A program made the translations under genes and the position numbers. This document shows, piece by piece, positions 12,382 to 25,914 of a stretch of DNA of 64,000 nt. The notes beneath the pieces are model-generated. The model worked only from the letters and a program-made list of their open reading frames with translations. It searched no databases and had not been told where the DNA came from. The stretch's first letter is position 1, and each line of letters opens with the position of its first letter. The stretch comes from Lobosporangium transversale (taxonomy: Eukaryota), in contig NW_019028991.1 of the NCBI RefSeq assembly GCF_002105155.1, positions 682,001 to 746,000 of the forward strand, given 5' to 3'.

Positions 12382-15300
12382 ATGTCACGGAGGACTTTTG
12401 GCACAGCCACAGTCCAAGGCGCAGCACAACAGTCCCAGGCCCCACAAAAGAGATCATGGATCAAGACTATTTTCGCCTTCTTTCCCTTCCTCGCATTGGT
12501 CACAGGAGCATGGCTGTATGCCTTTCATCTCGATAGACTTGCCAATCAATCCATGGTCCGTGCAAAGAAGAATATCGCCAGCGACATAAAGTCTAGTTCA
12601 CGGATTGAGCAGTCCCAGTCATCTTCTACAGCGCCGTCAACTTCTAATCAAGATGGCACTGTTATTGGTGATTCTAAAGACAATATCTTTTATTTCGTTC
12701 AGGTATAACAGAATCCATATTCTTAGATGATTTTTTTATGTTTAAACAAAAAAAAAAAAAAAAAAAAAAGGGGGGAAATGGAGATGACCATAAATGTGGC
12801 TAGTCTCATTCATAACCTGTGATCGATATATTGAACCGCCTTGATCTTTTTTTTTTTTTTTTTTTTTTTTTTTCCTACTGCTTGCTACTGCATTTTTCTA
12901 GGTCTCGGACCTTCATATTAGTCGATTCAGAAAGGCAAGCACTACCAATTTCTATACCTTCCTCTCCACTGCACTACCATTGGTCGAACCTGCTTTTGTA
13001 GTTGTCACTGGAGATTTGACAGATGCTAAAGATAAGCATCTTGTGGGATCTATGCAGTACATGGACGAATGGATCACCTATAGAGATGCACTTGAACAGT
13101 CTGGTGTCTTGAACAAAAGGAATGGCACTTTTTGGCATGATCTCCGTGGAAACCATGACTGCTTCGATGTTCCTAGCTGGGACAGCAAACAGAATATGTT
13201 TGCAGACATGAGCGCTACCAGAGCTCCTGGGTTCATGTTTGACGTCAAAACTGGGTATGGTAAATATGGTTTCATTGGAATTGACGCATGTCCAAAGCCT
13301 GGCCCTGCAAGGCCCTACAACTTTTTCGGTCTATTCGAGACACCAGATATGGACAACTTAAAGCAGCGATTGGATTTAAGCAAGGGCAACAACCATACCT
13401 TTGTAGTAAGTTATCTCATCTACTTTATTGCGCTCTCAAAGTGACTACAATCGTGTCAGCATATTTTGCTAATATTTAGATCTTTTTTTAGTTTTCACAC
13501 TACCCAGTAACAACGACCATGTTTGGTGAGACCTCTACTGGGGAAAGCTTTGCAGATTTGTCCAAGGCCTTCAGTGTGTATATGTGTGGCCATTTACACA
13601 AGCTCAAATGGGGTAAGAAAATAACATATAAATAAGGGTATTGCCTGGTAAGAAACGTGTTTCAATTGTTTCAAGCACTCATAGCTTCAAAACTTTTATG
13701 ATTATCATTCTTAGGTCTTGGTGATGCTCTTCAGACCTACCAGCCCACACATTTCTTGGAATTAGAAGTTGGAGATATGAAGCAGAGTGGGATGTACAGG
13801 ATCATGGTTGTCGATCATGACATGATTTCATTTACGGATGTTTCGATGTCTATGACTACCATTCCACCCGCTCTCATTCCCAGTCCAAATGGGGGTATCG
13901 CAGTCGAACCCGATAATATTAATAGAGCCGAGTCGCAGGACCAGACTGGAGAAGAAGATAAAGAAAAGATTCGACCTGCTCTAGGACCTAGGTTGCCCAC
14001 TAATCCCGTAGTCGTTGTTTCCAATCCCAAGGATTCCCGGTACTTGATTCCAAAACACGAGCCCGTCAATAGGATTGCAACTAGTACGCATATCCGGTTT
14101 TTGGTATGGACAGATAATCAAGTTCCTGACGGTGATCATGAATATATACGTAAGGATATCAAGATTGAAATCTTGATAGATGGAAAGATTCATGAGAATC
14201 CAGCAAGATTTGCAGGAACAAGGGCTGAGGACAAAAGCGCAGACAACGATTTCCTTCCACTCTATGTCTCCGAATGGGACCCACAGAGATACAATGATGG
14301 AGAAGACCATAGACTTGAGATTAAGATTATGGATCGATTCGGCCGTGTTGGAAGTAGCAACACTTTGTTTAGAGTTGATGGAGAACGTTCGGACATGAAG
14401 GGAGGTTTTGGAGAATGGATTATGTGGGCGAATATTGCATTATTGGTGGGTATTAATGCACATCATGCAACTGATTTTTTTTATTATTATTATTACTGTA
14501 TTTGAATGATTATATAAATATACTGCATTATGACAGTTGAGGATGTCATACTAAGCAATTTTATACTTCTGTTTACATAGATCAAGGCTCTCTTCACTAC
14601 TGGCTATCTTTCAGTGACCCTCGTTCTGCTGATCCTACCAAAGCTGTATTCGCTTTATCTCCAGACATCTCCTCCACCCCAACAACCACAGCCAAAGACT
14701 GCCATCGATATGTCCTCAGATTATTCTGCATTGCAGGATCAGCCTCAGTTCAAGAATAGATATGATGCATGGCTAGATCAAAAGCGCCGTCATCTATATC
14801 GTCTGTCTTCAACATTATCGTCAAACTCTACCGGTCATCGATTTTGGAATCGTTTTGTCAACCATACTATCCATGCACACGTCCTTCGTTTTGTGCACTT
14901 CTCAACTCAGCCAATATTGTTCTACACAACCCTGATATTTACACTTATGTTGGTGACGGTACCACATTTTTGGGGCAACTTTGTGCCTGCAGCAGGCGAA
15001 CAGGGACAGGGATATTTTTATTTACAGGGCATCTATTTGCCTCATGCTGGTGGACATTTGGGGGGAGGCCTTGGAGCAGCTAGTTTGGACCGTGCAGGAC
15101 CTGAAAGAGTCCATGAGCCTTTGAGGGTTTTGTCTGGTGCAATTTCTTCTATTACAAAGGGACGACTTATGTCATCATATGCTTCTTCATCATCGTCGAA
15201 CCTGTCTTCGACACCCCAATATGACAGTACTGGAGGCACTTGGATCCCAATGGCAGATACTTGGATGAGTACGATCTGGACCGTAACTTATGATCTCGTC

Positions 15301-15804
15301 ATCTTTCTGTATTATCTGACATTATGCGCCACACCTTCTGGCTATCTGTATTCACCCTCCAATCCTCATCGTTTAAGACCTTACCATCGGACATGGTACA
15401 TTCGATGTCTTATCTTTGGGATCTGGGTATTCCGATGCTGTTCTGTCTTGATGACTGCAGAGCTCTATGGTCCCAGTGTAGTCTGGACAGGGATTGGTAC
15501 ATGGTGGCTCATTATTGTAGGCTGGATGATGTTCACTGTTGGATGGAGTCGTTCACGTGTGGAGCGCGATATATTACTCAGGAGAGGAGATGATGGTGAT
15601 GTTGAAGTGAAAGTAGAAGGAAATGAAGCGTTTGGTACAAGCATGTCTACGGGAGATGAAAAAGCCGCCTTATTCATTCAAAAGAGTGGCCATTTTACAG
15701 AGGAGTATGATGGCGAGGAACTAGGGGATGGTGTATCTGTAAGAGATTCAGAAGCGAAAAACAAACGACTACCAAGGACTAGAAAAGATTCCAACGACGC
15801 ATAG
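12382..15804 (+). CDS. TMEM62-like calcineurin-type metallophosphoesterase with C-terminal multi-pass membrane region (5 exons)
   Basis: After splicing: FVQVSDLHIS, VVTGDLTDAK, DLRGNHD, SHYP, CGHLH, LELEVGD. N-terminal TM and several C-terminal TMs. Confidence 0.85.
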
Positions 15805-15927
15805 ATCTTGTAATTCATAGAACTCCTAAATGTATAAATATTAATTTGATTAAATAGCTTGTCTATAGTCCTTTTATTTTTTCTATGTTTTTTTTATTTT
15901 ATTTTTTCTAATGGTAGCATAGGAATA

Positions 15928-15964
<37 letters not shown>

Positions 15965-15969
15965 GTATC

Positions 15970-17134
15970 TTATTGTTCCTGAATTGTTGACTGATGATTA
16001 TAGGCATGATCCATGAGGAGTGATGCAATACCAGTCCAAGGAACATTGACAAACGTCATACAGCACCTTAAACTCGGAGGCTGTTTTACCAAGGCTTCAA
16101 TCTCCTGTCTTGATCCTACTCCAGAAGTACTGATCCCACTTCCATTTCTGTTGTCGTATGAAGGAATTGAATGGCGTTTGCCTACTTGTGACGATGGTAT
16201 AGAGGAGTTTGGATGGGGATTGTTGCCTGCGGTGTTGAGAGGATTGATGTTTGTGGAAGTTGGGGAGGTGGGCGCATGTGCTACTGCCTGTGCCAATGTT
16301 GCCATGGATAACCTGCGCAGCGATTGAAAAAATGATCCCGCAGAAAATGATTTTGATGATGAAGAAGTATTCGGAGGCACTGGTATGGATTTTGCAGAGT
16401 TGGCTTGAGTGGGTGACGAAGGAGATACGTTCGGGTTTTCTACCTCGGGTTGATTATTTGAGTATCCATTCTCCTTCATGTTCGTGCTCGAGTTTGAATA
16501 ATGTCCACCAGAACCAGGAATAGGTGGCAAACTCTTTTCTGTTGTCGATAGTTTCGGATTATGTGTTGAGAATGATGCTGAGACAGGAGCCTGGACGGGC
16601 GAGGTAGGGGCTGAAGCATGGGCGTTGGTGTTGAGTGGTGATGAATCATCTCCAATATTGGACGCGGTGATTGCGACCTAACAAGGAATGCGAATTAGTT
16701 ATGGTGTTTATACAGTCAGTATGCTAATGCAATTCATACTAAAAACAAAATCAAGTTAGATCTTCATATATATATAGAAGTACCTGAGCATGTCCACGAC
16801 CACCTGGTCCGCGCATCATGACAAATTCCGTGGGCACAGTGTGCGGACCAAATTTGAACCGCTTTCCTACTTTTGTAGAGGCCTTTTGCTGATAAATTCC
16901 GAGCAAGTTCTGGAAGCCTGCAGCGCCTTGAAACAATGTGATCTTGTTCCCGCCCCCAAACCCACCACGGCCTGACGTATTAGGAAAAGGTTTTCCGATC
17001 TGTACCCCATCATTTGCAGACGGTGGTTGATTCCATAACGTTTCATGAGGTATTCCTGGCCTTGATTTTTGAGGATGATGTCGACTAAATGCTGCTGTTG
17101 GAGATGAAAGCCCTCCCGTTGACGCTGTTATTGT

Positions 17135-17185
<51 letters not shown>

Positions 17186-18077
17186 CACTGGTCCTGAAGA
17201 AGGAAGGGTCACTGCCAATTCTACACAGAGGTATTCATTGTCCTGAACCATAAGTTGCTCAAATGTGTCCTCGTAATCATCGATCACATAATAAATCAAT
17301 GGCCAAGAACACTCTACTGTTGCTTCTTTGACATCCACACGAGCTTTTGTGGGAAGAGCATATACTCGTTTTGACACATGTTTCTTTGTACAAGTCATAC
17401 TGGTCTTTGTGACACCGGTGATAGGATTTGTCTCTGCCACGCGTGAACATACCGCTACAGTCAACTTGCAAGGCAGCTTTGGATACATGTAAAAAAAAAA
17501 AAAAAAAAAAAAAGTCAGTAGCGAGAAAGACAGAAAAAGTGGTCTTTCAATAGATCCTTCCCATGACATTCCGATTTACCTGGACAATAACGTTCAAGAA
17601 AAATGTATCTTTCCAAAGCACTACTTCCTCTTGTTCTGGAGTCAGGATCGAATGTTGTGCTTCTCCATGACTCTGGGCATGACCTCCCTTGTGCACATTT
17701 CGTTTCACAAAAACAGGATCAACACCTAGCCCTCCATTCTCAGCTTGAAGTGGAACTCTCTGGACAAAAAACAATAAATCGTCGTTCCTGTCATCGGAAT
17801 GTTCTGATAAAAAGAAATCATAAAACAACTGTCGCCATCTTGGATCTTGACTGTCCAGATCTTCTTCTTTTCCATCATTGTGGGTTATTTCTTGTGATTT
17901 CTTGGAGTGATGTAGATGTGAATGGGGATCCTGATGGTTCCCTGCCGATGCTGTTTGTGTCTGTATTTGTGTCTGGCGCATGACCTGGCTCTTGAGCCTG
18001 TTCTGGTTCCCATGGTCAATGGGACCGTGCAAGTTCTCTTGCACAAGTCTTTCCAGGATCGTTTTGAGATTTGACAT
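15970..18077 (-). CDS. DUF2045 / KIAA0930-like protein (3 exons)
   Basis: W..LF..FF, DDLLFFV, WKDTFFLNVIVQ, KRVYALP, PLIYYVIDDYEDTF, LCVEL, LFQGA, EFVMMRGPGGRGHAQV, and terminal LRCCMTFVNVPW. Confidence 0.8.
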
Positions 18078-19641
18078 GGCTCTTTATTTATGAAGATTAT
18101 GATATTTCCCACAAGGCACGTCTATGCCAAGTAGTAATGGGTTGATGATATGATTTTTTTTTTTTTTTGAAGAGATTAAAGGGTATCTCAATTAGGAACC
18201 GTGAATGTGGGTATTGCGTTGTGATATCAGAAAGAAAGAGACAGAACTAAGAGAAAAAGAAAATGGGAAAAGAGAAAGAGAGGAAAGCAAAAAGGAAGAG
18301 CTTATTACGCTATTATTTGTTGTTTTTTAAATAAAGAAAGTGTGGTAGTGGAAAGTATTTTTGAAAGAAGAAAAGTGTGGAAGAGTGGAGGCAAGGGAAG
18401 AGAGATGCCATGAGCTCCCCCTGTATCCCCTGTCCCCTATTCCCTGTCCCCTCATATGCTAACAGCCTTCAGGTTCCTTGCCCGTGACCTATTTCATTCC
18501 CCCCTGATGAGAGCTATGTACATCATACATGTCATACATGAACCGCAGTGGCGTTGCACCAGGGGGGAAGACCTTCTTTCATTCATTGACCAGAATTAAT
18601 ATATGTAATTACTTTCCCCTTTTTCGGAATCCTTCCCCTGGCCAGTGCGCCCTCGGCGTGATCACAACCTAGTTAGAATTGCTAGCAAAGCGATAAGCTG
18701 CGAGGATTGCTTGGAGCAGAGAGTGCTTAATCTGTAAAGATAAAAGACTCTGCCTGCCAAATATTTAAGTGGTGTGGCTATAGGTTCCTGCTAGGAATGT
18801 TCACAAACAATCCAAAGATGCAACTTCTTCTATGAGATCCCTTCCTGCTTTATTATTAAAAAAGACTGATTTTTCGAGCTTGGGGTCAACAAGGCCGTAT
18901 GCAAATATGTAACTATCATCCGTGGAGTATCAAGTGTTTTTAGGTTATTGCCTTTACGTTAACTTTAATTCACTTGGTCCATGCATCCCTCTTTGAGACA
19001 TCACCAATTAAGATCGAAAGCTTCCATCGGCGCTTTTTCGGCGCCTTAACAGTCCGTCTAAATCTTCAGTGAAAGTAAAGAAGATACTCCCTTTTCGCTT
19101 TTTATCCTCAATCTTCTTTGTGAGATTTTACATGGTTCCTCGCAGCATTAAAATAGTCATAGGGGGACAATTACGACGTGATCAATTACAACCTGAGTGA
19201 GCTATTTCACGTAATGATGGCCATCTTTTTTCTTCTCCACAGCATGCCTTTTGAGTGATAAGAAATAAGTCAGGGACCAAATCATTTTTGTGCCAAAAAT
19301 ATCTACTTCCGTTACACAATGGATGGTTTTTTTTTTTTGTTGTTGTTGTTGCTGGCAGTGCATGTTTGTTTTGTCTTTTATACCATTTGTCTGTCTTTGT
19401 GTGGATGTTAGATAATAGCACCTGAGCATGTGCAGTTGCTTGCATTAGGTATAAAAAGCCTGCTTTATTTATTTTAGGCCATTCTTTTTCGTCTCTTCAA
19501 CACACTTCTATGAACGACGATCGAATTGCTTCAACAAAAAATAACCCTTCCAGTTGCAATACATAGTTTTCACTACATTCATTACATTCTGGACTTTCTT
19601 TTGTAGTAAAGTCGACAAACATACAAACAAGAAAAAAAGTC

Positions 19642-21650
19642 ATGCTATTACGACCGATCTCTCTTTTGATACTACAGGTATTTCTTTATCCATACCATGC
19701 CCATGTGGATGGACAGGCCAGGCTATCTCCTAATGTCAAAGTCTGTGCGGCCTTTTGTCGGTCCTGGACAAAATTTTATATTCAAGGGGGGATCGAAATC
19801 ATCAACAACGTCAACAGTAATGCAAGTAGTCAGTTTTATGCTCTGGACTTGGCATCTTCTTGGACAGCGGATGCACCCATCTGGATCCAACTTGATCAGG
19901 CAAGAGGAGGAGGAGCAGGCGGGCCCGAGACCGCCCTTGCAAGCGCTGTCGTCTCTCCAGACGAACAATATCTATTGATCGTAGGCGGGATGTCTACTTT
20001 CGGTTACCTTTATAACATTGTAGACAAGACCTGGAAACCATCCAAGGCCAGAGTATCAGCCCCACAACGAAACTCTGCAATGGGTGTTGTTGATCCGACA
20101 ACAGGTCTGGCATATTATGCAGGGGGATTTCAGGAGGGTGATAATACAGGCATGGTAGTCTATGATTTTAAATCCGATAACATCATTACAACCTTGACAA
20201 TCCCACAGGGCATTATGACCGACCGATCATATTATGCAGGTGTCTATAGCAATATGCGAAAAAGCATCCTGTACTTTGGAGGCAACTCAAACAGCAAACA
20301 ACATGTCCTTGGAAGCCCCGGGATAGTCACAGAGTTTGTACCCTCGAACAGTTCATGGTCTTCCTTGGTGAGTAATAAAGAGAGCAATGTGAGGACAAAA
20401 GAGACGTCATGGAACTGATTTATGTGCCATCGATCTTTTTTTTTTTTTTTTTTTTTTTTAGAGCACATCTAACTCTGGGCCAAGTCATCGAACCAATACA
20501 TGCATGGCGGTTTGTAAGGCGAACATTTTGTCTTGCTCTCTTGAAGTAAATATCGATCATGTACTTTAATCCAAAAAAATGAATGAGCTGAACGTATTGT
20601 CATCATCATCCCGCGCCTTTGATAAATAGCAGAGGATGGCTCAAAAATTGTAGTATTCGGAGGACAAGAGGATACCCATACTATTGCTGATGACATTTGG
20701 ATACTGGACATCCCCTCATCGACTTGGATCAAGGGTCCCCAGTATGGTTCCTTACGACTTTGCACTGCCTGTACTATTGTCGGAAATACATTCATAAGTT
20801 GGGGAGGTAAAAAAAATACTTTTTTTCTCGAGACAGTCAATATGAATGACAAAAAGACATATTCTCATCAACAAGAGAAAAAAAAAATAAAAACCATCCT
20901 CTGATTTGAATCAATGGATATATTGGTATAGGGTACGATGGCGTAAGCATAGTCAATGGGACACTGGTGCTATTTGATGTATTGACCCACAAATACATCA
21001 ATGCCTATTCGCCTCCACCTTCCGTGGTGAATCACCGGAAGCCCACTCCTGGATCCCCGACGTCAGGATCCGGGTTAGACTCTTCTACCTCAGCAAAACC
21101 CATTATCATTGGAGCGTCGTGCGCAGTAGTAATCGTCCTCGCAGCCATGGCTGCAGCCTTGATATTCTTGTCCCAAAAGCAGAAAAAACTGAAAAATAAT
21201 AACTGCAAAGGAATGACCGTGGGAAAAAAGGGCCACGAAAGAGATGTTCTAGCTCGCAACCCACAGTGTCAATCCCAGGTTCAACGCTCTCCCCAAGAAG
21301 TTCTTCCTAAGGCAGCCGCGTCTCGTGAATGGGGTGAAAATCAGCATGAGGATTCAACTATGGATAATACATCTCTCTCAATGCAGCAAATAGAGGAGCG
21401 TGAGAGAGAAAAGCAGAAGCTAATGCTGGCTATCAGAGAACAACAAGCCCTGATTCAACAGCATCAGATATTGCTTGGTCCATCATTGAATTACCATAGC
21501 CCACAAACCTACCTGACAGGAATGCCATCAGAGCAACAACGACAATGGCTGCCGCAGCAACAAGGACAGTTGCCAATAGTACACTCTTCATTGTTTGTAC
21601 CTACAAATCCATCGTTTCGCGACCCACAATCGATGCCTAGAAACTGGTAA
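19642..21650 (+). CDS. Kelch-type single-pass membrane protein (copy 2); 4 exons
   Basis: Signal peptide; YIQGG, YYAGG, LYFGG, VVFGG, ISWGG. TM IIIGASCAVVIVLAAMAAALIFL. First two intron positions match copy 1. Confidence 0.85.
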
Positions 21651-21775
21651 AACAGTGCCACTAAAGCCATCACAACAATAATAAAAAAAACCCCCAACAT
21701 TGCATTCATAATTACAATCCATTTCACATTCATCATTTTGATTTACTTTTTTTTTTTTTTTTTTTTTGAAATTCC

Positions 21776-23548
21776 ATGGTTTCCATGTTTGATCCCGTCG
21801 AATATTTTCCACCAGAAGTGATTGAAGTGATTGCCTCGTACCTGCTAACAACAGAGCTTGCGGCCTGCTCGCGCGTCTGCTGGCAATGGCGCCAGGCCTT
21901 CAAACATTCGCTGTGGAGTGAATTCAAGGAACCAAGGCAGGAGCAAGAGAATGAACAATCTACAGGATTAATTCAACCCAATACCTCATATCTACAGTAT
22001 TTAAGAAACACTATTCTAGAAAACGAGCATCGATTTCAAGTCTTGAGTCTTCAAAGTTTCGAGCTCGCTACTTTACTTACTAGGGAGGGGTCCAAATGCG
22101 TTCACTTGAAACGACTTCACTGCAGAACCTTCAATGCGCCTGTGTGTGAATATGATTCTGGCGATGCCAGTGTTCCTATTGATGGCTCTGGAGATTCGGA
22201 CAATATCTCCGAGGAGCTCCACAAATACGCGACCTTAATTGCACAGAATCCGAACCTTCAGTCCTTTTCTTTTCAAAGTCTCTCTACAGCACGGAGTTAC
22301 TTTTTTTATAAGCGCCTTCTGTCCACGCTGAACAATCATTGCTTGAACATCAGGTTCCTTACTCTTACTTCGATACAAATACCACTTTCAACCGTGCAAA
22401 TGCTATTTTGGAGCCTACCAAAAAGACTCGAGGCTTTGGATTTTCGAGCGAATGCGATATTTTGGAGCAGCTATAGTCAGAATGGTGGACAAGAATATCC
22501 CTATGAGCAGCTTCGAAGGCTTGTCATTTCCATTCGTGGACATAGATATACTAATAATGTCTTCAGTGGCCTCCTGAGACGCTGCCCTAACTTACAAGAA
22601 TGTTGTGTCTTGGAGCTGTTCGACTATGACATGAGGTTCCTGTTCATGGATCTGTCCCGATACTGTGTTGGACTCCAAAGCCTTGAGATCACCCAACAGG
22701 CGGATGTTTTGCACCCTATGCTCCGCCATATCGATCCATTAAGCACCAAGCTTAAAACCTTTCATTTGGGCGGAGATTTTACATGTCGCACATTTTTTGT
22801 CGCCACTATACTCGATCTTTGGTGCAATACCTTACAAGATCTTGAATTCGGACAGGATGTGAGATTTCACGCTCCTGGTCTCTTGAACATTCTCACGAGA
22901 TGTCCTAGCTTGAGGCGATTGGTGCATAGGATCCCTTATGTCGACCCACCAACGCAGGCTAGGGACTACATCAATCGAGGTGGGTTGTTGTTGAGTGATT
23001 TCAGAACCAAGTTTTGGGTCTGTCTTGGTCTACAAGAACTGGAGATCTATATAACAGATAATCGACATTTTGAAAGGGTTTGGACAAATCAAACGCCACT
23101 AGAGCTGGTATATGAACAGCTGGGGGCACTGAAAGATTTAAGGAAATTGAGGCTTGGATGGCTCTCTATGAAAGACAGCGAACTATATAATAGCCGTATA
23201 CGAGGTCCCCTGCGGTTAGATTTTTCGCTCGAAGGCGGGCTTGAACTCCTGAGGGATTTGAAACAGCTTGAAGAGTTGGATATCTTTCGTATCCATAAAA
23301 TCTTTGTAAGGCAAGCAGAAGTGGAATGGATGAATGAGCACTGGCCTAGGATACGAAGGATCAGAGGTCTGTTGGAACAGAAACGAGATGCGCTGATGGC
23401 CGAAGAGCAGGACCAATATGATGAGTGGGATGAAGTTTACAGGGTTCCATTTGTGGATAGGAATAAGGCTTGGGCCCGAAGGCCGGAGGAAGAGTTCGAA
23501 CATATTAGCTGGTTGAGAAAACAACGACCCTGGGTAGAAATTTGCTAA
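21776..23548 (+). CDS. F-box/LRR protein, intronless (paralog of 8439-10097)
   Basis: 590 aa. FPPEVIEVIASYL..LAACSRVCWQW. Shares LQDLEFG, GLxLSD, W.C..L.EL and C-terminal WD.V...P..D.N..W...F..I.W.R.Q.P with the 8439 gene. Confidence 0.87.
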   Translation: MVSMFDPVEYFPPEVIEVIASYLLTTELAACSRVCWQWRQAFKHSLWSEFKEPRQEQENEQSTGLIQPNTSYLQYLRNTILENEHRFQVLSLQSFELATLLTREGSKCVHLKRLHCRTFNAPVCEYDSGDASVPIDGSGDSDNISEELHKYATLIAQNPNLQSFSFQSLSTARSYFFYKRLLSTLNNHCLNIRFLTLTSIQIPLSTVQMLFWSLPKRLEALDFRANAIFWSSYSQNGGQEYPYEQLRRLVISIRGHRYTNNVFSGLLRRCPNLQECCVLELFDYDMRFLFMDLSRYCVGLQSLEITQQADVLHPMLRHIDPLSTKLKTFHLGGDFTCRTFFVATILDLWCNTLQDLEFGQDVRFHAPGLLNILTRCPSLRRLVHRIPYVDPPTQARDYINRGGLLLSDFRTKFWVCLGLQELEIYITDNRHFERVWTNQTPLELVYEQLGALKDLRKLRLGWLSMKDSELYNSRIRGPLRLDFSLEGGLELLRDLKQLEELDIFRIHKIFVRQAEVEWMNEHWPRIRRIRGLLEQKRDALMAEEQDQYDEWDEVYRVPFVDRNKAWARRPEEEFEHISWLRKQRPWVEIC

Positions 23549-23739
23549 TTCAGTTATTTTTTCTTTTTCTTTTTCTTTTCTTTTCTTATTTAATAAAGTA
23601 TATTTATATAATCTACAAGGATGAGGAAAGGTATTTACTCTACGAGGAATGCTGAATGGGAATATAAACATTGTAACTAAATACATACAAAGTTGCAATG
23701 ACTCTGCGCTACATTAAATTGTTGCCAAGCAGGCTAGTT

Positions 23740-25914
23740 TTAGGCACTCTTTTGACCCCAGGCATGAGCAGTAACCTGTGCCCACATGACATTACGCTTT
23801 CTAGCATTGACGGGGTCAAATGCGAGGCGGTAATTGACAGGGTGCTGGTCAGCATCATACTCGAGAGGGATGTCGCTGCCATTGGCATATACCTCCAAAA
23901 TAGGCAAGTTGACATCGCCTTTATATGGCAAAGGCTCAAGAGGACTAGTCACCTTGCCGAACGCATAAACCTTATTGACATCGTTCAAGGAGCTGACTGC
24001 GCCTCCAGCGAACGAGAACATAGACAGACCCTCACCACTTACACCACCAACGCCATACGAAGTAACGTTGTAGAGCTTGTGCAATGAATGGGCTGAGAGT
24101 GCACAAGCAGACCCGCAGCGACCATCGGTCAAAAATCGAACGTTAGCAGGGTTATTAGTCCAAGGATAGCCTGCCATGTCGCCCCCACCTAGAGTTACGG
24201 GATCTAAGGTGGTGGAGTTCGAATAAAGAGCCGGGCGTCCATTGCGTGTCAAAGTTACCGGGTGAAGGAAGAGATCGTTGTTCTGGTAAGGAGCTTGAGT
24301 CGTAAGGCCAAGGTAGATGCCAGCATTATAGAGATGTCCTTCTGAGGCGTTGAAGACAGCGGCGCTTAAATCTTGAATCGAGGGGGTGATCCTCAAATCT
24401 GACCGGAGAGACTTGTCAAGGTCGCCCCGGTTAGGGAAGATTAACTGAACAAGGAATGAAGCAAAGTTTACAGAACCGCCACCGTTGCCCTGGAAATCAA
24501 ATAGAATCTTCGTGATATTGCGAGCGTGAAACGCCGCCAAGCCATCAGCAGCCACTTGCAACTCTCCTTCGCTTTCAACTCCATGTGTGTGGACGACGAT
24601 GACGCCGACATCGGGCTGGCTCTGGAGTTGGTAGAATACTGTGCCATTACCAGCCACCAATTGTTGAGCCGTAGGCAGATCGGTATCTCCTCCTGTAGGA
24701 TCTTCTGAAGGAGCAGAGGGGACAGCATCGAGGAATATACTCTTCTTGGGAACTGGATATAATTGTCTCTTACGGACCTCATGTTCGCGCACAGTCTCGA
24801 GTTCACGTCTCTGAAGATGTTTTGTTGAAGGGAGGTCCTGGTGTCTCTGAGTAAGGGGCAAACAGACGCTGGTAACATAGCTTTTTACGTCTGTAAACTG
24901 AGCCTCATTCAGAGCAAAGACTCTCCACTCTTCACTTAGACGAATCGAAGTAGGATTGTTAGTGCACTTGAGTTCGTAATTAACTCGTGCCTTATCAGGT
25001 AGATCAAGGCGTTCGGAATATTGGCCTGAGGAGGTGGTGAATACACCCCTCTTCTCGTCAAAGGTCTCACTAGCAAGAGCTTGATTTAAACGGACACCGC
25101 GGTCTTTGGAGAAGTTGAGGGTATCGGCAAATTTGATGAGGTGCGTCAATGCATCCTCACCATCGATCGTGACCACCTCACAGTCATCGTAGCCACGTCT
25201 GGTAAAGTCTCGGTAAATACGAATGGACTAGAAGAGAAGGAGAGGGAAACTGTGAGCAAATGGGGGGGGAAAGGACGATGCAAACTGCTTCGGTTTTTCT
25301 TTACCTGTCTCCCTTGAACCACAGGGGCATAGAGTGCAAAAGGTTGTCCAAATGCGTATGCAGTGTAACAGTCAACTTTTTTTGTGCAAATTGACATCAG
25401 AAAATAATTTCTAGTTAGAGTCTTGATCCTAGCTCGTACAAATGTTATCTTTTTTTTTTTTTTTTTTTTTTTTTGAGAGCTTACTGTTATAACTAGCGTG
25501 GGCATCATAGAGTCCATTAATAGCCCTAGAGACATCTGAGTGAAAGCTGTAGTCACTAGTGTACTTTGTCTGTCCAATCCGCTCAAACTCCTTGGCAATG
25601 TCCACAGGGGGGCAGGAGAAGGGTGCCTTCAGATCTGGGGTCAATGCTGAATCACGGAAGACATAGTAATCATTGAAGAAGGCATGAAGTGTCTTCAAGG
25701 TCGCACTTGCCACCACTGGATCATATGGAATGGCTTTATAACAAGCAGAGACATCGTCGTAAGTGATTGATGAGCTGTTCTTAGAACCAAGCACCCCACA
25801 GGCATCCACTTGAGGTATTGGAGGCGTAGGTGCAGCATTAGAAAATGGTGTCAGAGTAGCGAACATAGCCAGGGATACTGACAGGATCAGGTTGCGGAGT
25901 GATAGAACAACCAT
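23740..25914 (-). CDS. Secreted peptidase S41 (tail-specific protease-like); introns ~25376-25484 and 25228-25304
   Basis: Signal peptide; DAC..., L.DAH, VVTIDG, DFQGNGGG, and LTDGRCGSAC (catalytic Ser motif). Confidence 0.85.

Noticed and set aside
18547..18655. Possible decayed MITE (CAGTGGCG..CCAGGGG / CCCCTGG..CGCC)
   Set aside because: The inverted match is short and gapped, and there is no TSD.
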